Assembly: GCA_905178155.1 (NCBI GenBank)
Contig: CAJINV010000001.1
Location: forward strand, 1,849,904-1,913,903
Source: Amoebophrya sp. A120
Lineage: Eukaryota; Protista; Dinoflagellata
DNA length: 64,000 nt
Direction: 5' to 3'
A program made the position numbers and the translations under genes. The notes under the pieces were generated by a model that was not told the origin of the DNA, ran no database searches, and worked only from the letters and a program-made list of their open reading frames with translations. Of this stretch, positions 1 to 8,958 are shown piece after piece (the first letter of the stretch is position 1; each line of letters starts with the position of its first letter).

Positions 1-1165
1 GTCAGCACCAAGTTAAAGGCATTAAAGCTGCAGTACTTCTATACCGAATTTGTTCTGCAGCAAGTCCATGTTGATCTGGGCCTCTTCTTGACTTTCGCAA
101 GCTTTCGACGCCAACGTTACATAGTCCTCGAAATCGGCAATATGGTGTTGGCAAATCATTTTCTTCCCTGACCATCACCGTTCCTCTTGATGTGCGCTAT
201 TGAACAGAACACGACAACGAAATTAAGAAGCAACAAGTTGCAGTATTCTAAATTAATAAAAAAAGCGGGAGTCCCATCCATGAAAATACCTGCGAAGGCC
301 AATACATGGCGGTTTTTTTTCGTGCCTTTACTTCCAATACCTATCTTTCTAAATCGCTCAGAAAAAGCAGCCATCAAGCTCGGAACGGTGGAAGATACGC
401 AACCATCGAAAAATTCCTGCAGCATAAAAAATCTGGGGGTTTAGTGCCGCAGATGGCGGTCGGAAGCTGCTCCCCGGTGGCACGGCAAACCGCATCCCGT
501 ATGAACTGCAAAAGTATCGCACTTCTCGTATAAATGCATTTACAAATTAAAATTTCCTCAGCATGAGAAATAAAATTTGTAAATGCAGATTTGCCCTGGG
601 AACAAGATTTGTAATGCAAGGCTTGGATTTCTACGAGTACTTTACTTTTGCACAGGATATCCCGGCGAAGGCTGCAATGACCGTTTTTCCGGCATGAAAC
701 ACCGCATAGTCGTGCGCAGGCCATCGAAAATTGAACAGCACCAATCTGGTCGGGTGCTGCAAGGAAAACTGGAGTGGTAGCGAAAAATCCGGGCCCGAAA
801 TAGTACGGCGGGACTGAAAGAGGTACATTTGAGGCGTAATGGTCACTTCCTTTTGCGACTCGTCCGGGGAAGCAAACTTCACTTTAAGGTTCACCCTGGA
901 CTCTCTCGCTGACGCCGGCGCGCTGTGGCGGTGGCTCCGCACGACGGCACCTGTGTTACCAAGCTGCTGCTGCTGCTGCGCGAATATAGACTGCAGCAAG
1001 GTCTGAGACGCAGCCGTGGCAGGAGCTGGTGCTGGGAAACAAGATAAGAGCAACGCGATGACGGAAACCACAGTGCTTGTTTTAGTGCATAACAATCCGG
1101 ACGAGGAGGACCGCAAACTCGTCCACAATTGCACGTCATTCACGCGGCCCCGCTGATACTTCATG
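1..1165 (-). CDS. Hypothetical secreted/membrane protein; 3' structure uncertain, may run off the window start
   Basis: ORF 631..1383 with hydrophobic signal-like stretch VVSVIALLLSCFPAPAPATA; interrupted by the introner at 500-659 (165 nt with one DR, frame-neutral). Confidence 0.4.
500..659. mobile_element. Introner family A (~150 bp)
   Basis: Ends tatgaactgcaaaagta / tacttttgcacaggata; perfect DR tcccg at 495-499 and 660-664. Confidence 0.9.
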
Positions 1166-1874
1166 TTGAGAGATGCCCGTTTGTTTACAACTGTATCACG
1201 AAACTTAGATTTTTTACACTTGCTTGTTGCACTTGTTCTCTCGCAGTTTCTCCGAAGGTCCGCACTTACACGGCACAGATACCTTTCTCGATAGCGTTTG
1301 CGGCTCCCTATGCGACCGACGAGACACCTCTTGGTGTTCTTTATCTTTCCACGCCAAACAACAAGTGGCGGTTTGCTATTCATTCATGGATGATATTACT
1401 TATTGTTATTCATCATTCAGGTTGACGTTGCTGCGAAGAAACAAAAAGCCATTTTACAAAGCTTGTGATAAAACATGTTCAGGATCTGCAAGAGGAGAGG
1501 GAGAGAGTGCCGAATGGCAAAAACGAAATCATGCTGCTGCCAACAACGACGGATAGCGCAAAACTGATACGCGAAAGAAACACACATTATTTTTTTTTTT
1601 GTATGCTGTCGCTGATGGTGGGGCCTCAGCCTGAACAAGGACTACAAACACGCCTTCACTGGCAAAGAATTCAAATCTAAAAAACATCGAAAAAAAGAAC
1701 AAGCCATACACATGGCGTCCTCGAAGCTTTTTGTTTGTTTTCTCCCTTCGGAACGGAAAGCAAGTGCAAACAAGACGTAGAGGGGTCTTGAGTGTTTGCA
1801 TTGTTTTCGATTTTTGCGTGAAGAGTCTCATTTGATTTTCGATTGTTTGTTCGCGCGATTCATTCAGTGCACTA

Positions 1875-4800
1875 TCAGAAGTCCGTGACGACACCGAGTC
1901 CCCGTTGCAGAAAGCATTTTTTCCTCGCCGGCTGATTCGATTTCGCGAAGAAAGCGGTGAGTGGTGGTGGCTGCTTATTCGCCAACTCGGTTTCCAGCTC
2001 CTCGTAAAACTCGACCTTCGCGCAGTTCTTTTCCATCAGCTTATCGGTGGTTTCCCATGAAAACCTTACCAACTTTGGAAAGCCAAAAACATGCTGGACG
2101 TTTTTCCCCATCCACTTGATGGTTTGTTTATCGCCCGGGTAGCCACAGCCGAGTTATCCTCAGAAAATGAGAAAGTGCTTCCTATTTTCGTCGTTCTTGG
2201 TACTGCATCCTCACGAAGAAGGACCTATCTATCAACCTTCCAGGAAATTACCTGACTTGCGGCTGTAGCAGCTGTAAACTCCTTTAACTTTATTCAATAA
2301 GGCCTGGCAAAATAAAAAAAATCATGATAGACATGCACACGCAGGGGACTAGACCTAGAGGCTACATGAATACAATACTTTTCCCATTTTCATGCATACG
2401 AATTCGCGCGTGACGATCTCGGCTTTGCGTTCTCGCTTCTCGCTTTCTTCCGGAAACGCAAACTCTTCCAGCATGTGATCCCGACACACCTTTGCCACCA
2501 CCGACGCGGCGGAAACTATTTTGTACAGACTGTCGGCCTTTTTCGCCACGATGATGGTCGGGATTTGCGGAAAAATTGCCTTCAGCTGGTTGGCGTACCG
2601 GTCCGGATCGCCGACCGTGTCCACGTAAAGGGCTGATACCTTACTCCCGACCTGCTTCTCAAGAACCAACTTGATCGCGTTCACGGTGGCCGTCTGGGCG
2701 ATCAGATTCAAACTCACCTTGGTGGAGCCTGATAGAAGTTGAAGTCAGTGTGCTGGGTTGTTATTTTTCTGCTGACAAATAAAGTACAAGTTGTCAACAT
2801 CAGATGTAGCAAAACCAAAACATGATGCAGGGCTGCTGGAAAATAAAACCAAATGGTACGACTTATACCTGTCATATCCCGGCTGAGTTTTTCCGCGGAC
2901 GACACGTGTGCGATCCAGCCGACATTTTATATGGATTGCAAATATGTCTGGGTCTGGAAAGTAATGCAACTGTCTGCGGATCCTAAAAATGTCTGTGTTG
3001 CATGAGCTGCAGCAAGAGGAGTCAGCTCTTGGCACGCGAAGAGGGCACTTCTCATGCGTAATGAGCATCAAGAAGCTCTCAAAAAATCTGCGATGCTAGC
3101 ACCAGCATCACAGTCACAAACTTGGACTTCACAGGTCATGCAAAATGTGCATGACAAGCCCCGACTCCTCCAGACCCAGACACTTTTGCAATTGTTATTT
3201 TCCTGCACTTTCCCAAACATGCTGGTGCGCTGCAACACTGACAGTTTTTTGGAGTCGTCCAGTTCCGTGGCGATCAAAGCTTTTAGATCCGCTTTTTCCG
3301 GTGCGTACGCCAAACCGTAGATCATGGGGCCCAGTACTGGACCCCGGCCCGCCTCGTCAATCCCGATTATGATGTTCTCCCCGGGATGAAACTTTGGCAG
3401 GTTGCCATACATCTCGTCCGTGGGGTCGTGCTCAAGCTTTGGCAACGGGAGGAAAGTAGGCGGGGCTGCGGGTGGTAGTCGTAGTCCTTGATGCTGCTCC
3501 TGCTTTATTTTCTTCTTTGGTTTACTGTTTTTTTTCTTGTCGTCCGCACTGTCGGTGTTTTCATTTGGTCTTCCTTCTTCCACTGGTGTGCTCGGACTAT
3601 TCTTGTCAGGAGCATCTTCAGTGGGATTTTCTTTTTCAACAGCTTCGCCGTCACCATCCTTAGGGGTCGCCGTGATGAACAAAATAGATGCCACGCCCGG
3701 GCCCCGCCCTAAAACAGTTCGACCAGCATCAAGATAACTGGGCGCCCAGGCCGTAGGGGCGGGGCGCCCTCAAACCGCAACAGCTTGCCGCCCGAAAGCC
3801 GCGGCTTTGCTGTGATTCCATCGCGACTGGGATGCCGAAAATGCTAGGCAATCCCCAAGAAAATAGCTCGCAAATATGACGACCAAGTCAGCAACCTAGA
3901 ATATCCGCAGATGAGCGCCACGCGCTTGGAGCGCAAGTGCGGCAGAAGGCATAGCTGCAAAACTAGAGAGACAAGCGACGCGCACACCGTGGGGAATAAA
4001 GTTATACTGCGCTCTTTGGCTTCCAGCAGAGTCCCCTGATACCCCCACCATTTCAATTTCATGCGTCTGCAACATAAGTACGACAACACACCTAACTCAA
4101 CAACGAACGCCCCTGCGCCACTCGCTGCCAAGAGATCACCGGCATTTTGCTGCGCCTTGCCTACGAGAATGAGTCGCATTGCGCGTTTCGGTTCCTCGCG
4201 ACAAACCTGCGAACTAGATCGCGATGATTTTGCCGCGAGTCCGCAGCTTCCATTTTTGCGGAAATAAAACCGACGATCCGGCCGACCTGTTTTATTTCCG
4301 CGTGCGGCTGGCCGCACGCGGAAATGAAAATGGTCGGATCTTATTTCCGCGGACCCGTTTGTTCTAGATTCTAGAACAAACGGCTCCGCGGAAATAAAAG
4401 TCATCCGGTTTTATTTCCGCGTGCGGCCAGCCGCACGCGGAAATAAAACAGGTCGGCCGGATCGTGGTTTTCATTTCCGCAAAAATGGAAGGTGCAACAA
4501 CACCAGAAAATCATCGCGATCGGCGCCCACGCCAAGAACCGCGAGGATTTTATTGCAAGTGATGGCGCTGCAAAAGCGCCAGGCGCAGCGCGCCATGGTG
4601 TTTAACGTTCTACAGATCTAGTTCACCTGATTCAAAATACTAGCTGTGGAACTTTACTCACCACGGAATGCTGGAGAAGGCAGACGATTTCTTGCGAAAG
4701 TACTTAATTGAGACTTGTGGATCACGCGCACAACGATGCGGGTCGCGCAGCGTAGCACAATTGGCTCAAGGTACTTCGCCGCTACTTGCTACCTGGAGTC

Positions 4801-7800
4801 TCTTTTCACCCTTCGCGGGGAAAAGAAAGCAAGGAGGCTCCTAATTGAGACTTGTGTGCCAATCGACCAATGTCACACACGTGGACCTTGAGCGCTTTTG
4901 GCTCAAGGTACTGCGTCGTGACTTCCTATCCTGAGTCCCTTTTCACCCTTCGCGAGGCAAAGGGGAAAAAAAGCCCGGAGTTGAGACTTGTGGACCACTC
5001 GATCGAAGTCGCGGACGCAGACCTTGAGCACTTTTGGCTCAAGGTACTGCGTCGTGACTTGCTATCCACAGTCCCTTTTCACCCTTTGCGCGGCAAAGGG
5101 TGAAAGGAGACTCCTGGTCCTGAGCCGAGACCTGCAGGCCGCGCGATCAAAGTTGCCGGCTGTGACGCTCGCCACATTTGGGCCAACGATACTGCGACGC
5201 GACTTACTCTACCGGGAGCCCCTTGCGCCCCTTCAAGCGGTGAAGGGGCGCCCCCCCTCCCTCGCTGTGAGCTGTGCGTCGGTCTATCGCGACTTTGCGA
5301 GGAGGCACGACTCGCGGCATGTTGGTCGCGTATGGTGCGGGTTCTCGCCCGTTTTTTTGGCTAGCTGGTTCGCTGTGGACACACACCCAAAAACCTGAAT
5401 TATCGTCCTGCTCTTAAATTTTCTTTTTTGAAGTATTCTTGTCAGGAGCATCTTCAGTGGGATTTTCTTTTTCAACATCTTCGCCGTCACCATCCTTAGG
5501 GGTTGGGTTTCCGCTGCTGTCAATCTTGTGAGTCAGATCCTTCAAACAAATAGGGGACGGCCTGCGTGCCGGCGACATGCGCAGCCATCTTCCACAAGTG
5601 GCAGCTTGCCTAGCATTCAGGCGGCAGATCGCGGTCTCAAAGCCTTGAAGAAGCTGCCACGGTGCGCTGCCTTGCCCCTGCAGGCGTTGCTCGATCCCGA
5701 CTGGGCTCGAGCACATCCTGGTAGGTGGCGGCCATTAGAGCAGTTGCTCTAGACGGCCGCACTTTGCCGAGGCGCAAACCCCTGCAAGAGACGGGGTCGC
5801 CTGGCCTTTACCAGGATACTTCTGTTGGCCAAGCCTATAGAAAAGCTCGGCGACTTTGTGTGCTGCCAAAAGCCGCAAAGGTTGGAAGCAGAAAAGAAGC
5901 ACTTTTTTGACGTCCTCAGAGGAGGTATGAATATTTTTACTTTTTGGGCTGGTCTGAAAGGAGCATAGCAGTGGGATGCGCAAAAATATTCACCTCCCCA
6001 AAAAACGCCTCTTTTTCCCAGAAAGTGCGCACTTTTTTGACATTTTTCGCTGTCGGAAATTGCGCAGATGAATATAGGATAAATCAAGTGAGAGTAGCTT
6101 CCGCTAATAAAAACGGAAACGCAGTCTCGTCGTGATTCGAAAATGAATATCCAGAAACAAAGCGGGCGAGAGGTGTCCGACTTGGTGCAAAACAGCCATT
6201 GCCGGCGCTGTGGCGCATTTCAGTTCAACCTTGGCCTTTACAGGAGTAGCGCTTGCGTCTGAGCGAAGAGGACCTTTCCAGATTCTGCAAAAAAAGTCGC
6301 GGGGTCTCCGCAAAGCGAGGGCGCCCAGCCACCTAGCAAGGAATCCGCAAGAGCGCGCGCCACATCATTTTCTTTAGAGGTGAACGAAGGAGCACACTTG
6401 AGGCGTAGGCCTTGATATCTCTCGGCCCTGTAAGTCGCCAAACGCTTTTCGTGCGCTTTCTGGGCCAGGATTTCCACATGAAGCGCCTCAGCGAAGCTCT
6501 CGCGCGCGCATGTCGCGGAGTCTTTTTCCTAGGCGTTCAATAATTGCGCAAAACAAATTTTTTTTCGGCTCTGTGAATATTTTTGAAATGAATATTTTCT
6601 CACTCTCATATCAGTGGGATTTTCTTTTTCAACATCTTCGCCGTCACCATCCTTTAGTCCTTGAAAATTTCCATATTTGTGCGCATATTTGCAAAATGTA
6701 GAGGACTCGCAGCAGCAGCTTTTGGCAGCTGGCCGGCGGTCTGCCAGCCTTCCATCTCGTGCTTCCTTTTGCCGCTCCACTGAAAGTGCGGGAAAGGGCA
6801 TCAGAAGGTGTCGTTGTAAGCCATTTTCTGCATTTTGCAATGATGGAAATTCCCAGCTCGGTTTTCCGCACTGGCCAAATGAAAGTGCCGAAGACCGAGG
6901 CCTTCCGGGAAGCCAAAGGGAGAGGGGAGTGGGGCTGCAGGCGAGGCCAGGAGCAGCGCTCTGACTTTTGTGTGGAGCCGCCTGCCGTGCGGCGTCCCTG
7001 TGTTGCGCACCTTCTACACCCGAACGAAGCCTGGGCGAGAGGCTGCGCCCAGGCTTCGTCTGGATATGTCTCCGCGCGCGTAGGAGTTGGCGAGGCGACC
7101 AGCCATCCGCCAAGTCCTCGGGTTTGGAAGTCAGACGGTGTGGGGAGTTGAAAGTATTGACGCTCGCCATTTTGCAATGATGGAAATACCCCGCTCGAGT
7201 TTGGGTGAGAGGCAAGCTACAATTTGCAATGATGGAAATTCCCCGCTCGGGTTTGGGTGAGAGGCAAGCTACAATTTGCAATGATGGAAATTCCCCGCTC
7301 GGGTTTGGGTGAAACACAAATTGGAATTTTGCAATGATGGAAATTTCCCGCTCGCGTTTCACCTTCGCCAAGCTCACCCAATGCGAAAACGCATACCCCA
7401 AAGCAATACCCCAACGCGATACCCCAAACCAATACCCCGTACGAATACCCCCATCAATACCCCCCGGGATTTTTGGACTCAGCTCGGTGCACAACGATGA
7501 CGAATACCCCCAACGAATACCTCCATCAAGGGGTATTTGTTTGGGGTATTGGTCTTGATGCGACATCTTTATGCGAACCCAAGATGCCTGACAATATTTC
7601 CCGATCGCACCGGAACCGTGGGCGAATGCTTTGCGACCTGGCTGAAGTACGGCCAAGAGTTTCTGGAGCAGCGGGGCATGCTCAGCGAAATGCTGCTACT
7701 AGGCATGTTGCGCGGTGGGCTAGGGCTCGGTGGAGGTGCTTTCCTCGGATTTGCTGCGCTTTTTGGGTGCGTGCGCGCTGGCCGGGAGGCCACCTGGAGG

Positions 7801-8470
7801 CTTTTCACGAATGGCCCCCGGCTTTGGCGAATGCTGGCGGCCTGCTTTTCCGCATCCCTAAACTGCAAGAAGGCGCGCCGCGCCGGTCGCTAAAAAGAGT
7901 TGCCGACCGCCACTATTGAGAGGCTGGAGCCAGTTGCGGCGCGCTACAGCCGCTGCGTTTGGCCCAGTTGCAGAATTGCAAACAATCAGCGCGCTTGGAT
8001 TCGCGCGGCTCTGGTGCAGCCGCGTATCCGTTCGGCTGACCCTTCGCCAAAGGGGTAGCGCTAGGATGTATTCGCTATTAACTAACTGCGCCAGCGGTGC
8101 CAGAGAATGAGCCTCCGGCTTCCGCTCTCCTCCCCAGCAACTCGCTGACGCGAAAACGTCGGGCGCGGGAGTGAAAAATAAACATGGCAGGCCCGGTAGC
8201 GGGTTGCCTTTCGCTACATTTTGCAAATATGCAGGCAGATATGGATATTTCAACATCTTCGCCGTCACCATCCTTAGGGGTTGGGTTTCCGCTGCTGTTG
8301 TTTCGCAGATCTGCCTCTTCTAGTCTAACATCCTCGTTCTGTTCTCCATCGTCTATCTCCGCTCGAGGTCGCTTCAACGATGCGCCTGCTGTTCCTCCTG
8401 TCTCTTTACCCAACACATCAGAAGCTTCAGGTTGGGCACCCGAAGACGAAGCGGACGCTGAAGATATCAT
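1875..8470 (-). CDS. RNASEH2A: Ribonuclease H2 subunit A (multi-exon; 5' exon separated by ~4.6 kb of insertions)
   Basis: Motifs GIDEAGRGPVLGPM, LDDSKKL, VDTVG, KADSLYKIVSAASVVAKVCRD, GCGYPGD, FGFPKLVRFSWET; GT-AG intron 2729-2868; two introners; probable first exon 8470-8248 overlaps the 3667 exon by an identical duplicated stretch. Confidence 0.92.
2155..2398. mobile_element. Diverged introner in RNase H2A
   Basis: TIR tatcctcagaaaatgagaaagtg vs (rc) tatgcatgaaaatgggaaaagta; DR cgagt/cgaat; removal gives REF-GCGYPGD. Confidence 0.8.
2930..3197. mobile_element. Introner family B (~265 bp) in RNase H2A
   Basis: TIR core tgtctgggtctgga / tccagacccagaca; DR tttta/ttttc; removal gives KVQEN-VGWIAHVSSAEKL, matching the RNase H2A VGW segment. 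Confidence 0.88.
4217..4521. repeat. 305-bp branched palindrome
   Basis: Arms gatcgcgatgatttt...aaaatcatcgcgatc symmetric about 4369 (ttctaga-t-tctagaa); each arm holds its own hairpin atttccgcgtgcggc-tg/ca-gccgcacgcggaaat. Confidence 0.92.
4749..4806 (+). ncRNA. Spliced-leader (DinoSL) RNA-like gene, copy 1
   Basis: gcgtagcacaattggctcaag|gtac matches DinoSL ccgtagccattttggctcaag at 16/21, followed by GT donor, short stem and TTTT. Confidence 0.6.
4885..4943 (+). ncRNA. Spliced-leader RNA-like gene, copy 2
   Basis: accttgagcgcttttggctcaag|gtactgcg...gacttc...gagtc cctttt; last 12 nt identical to the DinoSL 3' end. Confidence 0.62.
4981..4992 (+). promoter_or_regulatory. Conserved upstream box TTGAGACTTGTG (also at 4708 and 4845), ~40 nt before each SL-like unit
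   Basis: Exact 12-mer at -41, -40 and -40 relative to the three SL-like starts while the intervening sequence diverges. Confidence 0.45.
5021..5079 (+). ncRNA. Spliced-leader RNA-like gene, copy 3
   Basis: accttgagcacttttggctcaag|gtactgcg...gacttg...cagtc cctttt. Confidence 0.62.
5166..5225 (+). pseudogene. Degenerate fourth SL-like unit
   Basis: catttgggccaacgatactgcgacgcgactt aligns with the upstream units but has lost AAG|GT. Confidence 0.4.
5521..6610. mobile_element. Long-DR insertion II (1.09 kb)
   Basis: 67-bp DR: 5454-5520 versus a copy split by insertion I (6611-6654 + 8276-8298); starts TATGAG on the gene-sense strand; broken coding-like fragments inside. Confidence 0.7.
7171..7360 (+). 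repeat. 52-bp tandem repeat (~3.6 copies)
   Basis: tttgcaatgatggaaattccccgctcgggtttgggtgagaggcaagctacaa at 7171, 7223, 7275, partial 7328; dispersed copy near 6834. Confidence 0.9.
7390..7550 (+). repeat. Cluster of (A)ATACCCC motifs ending in two inverted GGGGTATT copies
   Basis: About eight ataccc(c) motifs followed by ggggtatt twice. Confidence 0.8.
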
Positions 8471-8958
8471 CGAAGTTGAGCGTGTTCTGTTTTCTTTTTG
8501 ATTTTGTTGCTCGGACTTCGCATCCAAAATTTAATTTCTAAAAAGTATCCGCTTCCGCAAAGCTAAAAAGATATTGCGAAGCAGGAATTAAAAACGTTTG
8601 CGAATAAACTTTCTGCAAGCGTCAACGTTGTATCAAAAAAACGTGATTCGCGAACAGTTTAGCACGCGAAAATAAACACTGAGCGATACAAAAAGTACAT
8701 CTATGCGTGAAGGCTACAAAAGGTAGTCCTGTGGACGTCAAACCACGATGATGTGGTGAACTTTTTTCATTGATTTGATTCTATTTGGAACAAAAAATTG
8801 TAATTGTCATCTGTCGACGAAAGGTCCTCTGCAGCTTCCCATCGAACTGACGAAAACAATTTTCCAGCGACAACAAACAACTTCAATATCGCAATGATCA
8901 TGATGATGTATTGGCGAGCGAACACATGATTGACACCCTCGTGCAATCGTACGCAACT

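Larger units (their letters stand above)
3668..5433. mobile_element. Long-DR insertion III (1.77 kb) carrying a palindrome and SL-RNA-like array
   Basis: Flanked by 70-bp direct repeats 3598-3667 and 5434-5503 (1 mismatch) of RNase H2A coding sequence; no obvious TIR. Confidence 0.75.
6655..8247. mobile_element. Long-DR insertion I (1.6 kb) with TIRs
   Basis: 28-bp DR 6627-6654 / 8248-8275; imperfect TIR tttccatatttgtgcgcatatttgcaaaatgtag (from 6668) vs rc of right end tatccatatctgcctgcatatttgcaaaatgtag. Confidence 0.8.

Noticed and set aside
500-659. Short elements as inactivating MITEs making pseudogenes
   Set aside because: Host exons show no other stops or frameshifts across many genes, and conserved motifs are rebuilt exactly on removal
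3656-3667. TTAGGG(G) as telomeric repeat
   Set aside because: Single occurrences inside the duplicated coding segment, not arrays
4852-5398. 136-bp units as a protein repeat (LRR-like)
   Set aside because: Stops and frame changes between units; conservation is concentrated on the SL-like 12-mer, GTAC and the -40 box
7171-7360. 52-bp repeats as a CRISPR array
   Set aside because: The would-be spacers are identical, there are no cas genes and the context is eukaryotic; it is a plain tandem repeat
6529-7656. 375-aa minus-strand ORF as a transposase
   Set aside because: It is a translation of tandem repeats and the duplicated exon piece; no DDE or other catalytic motifs recognised
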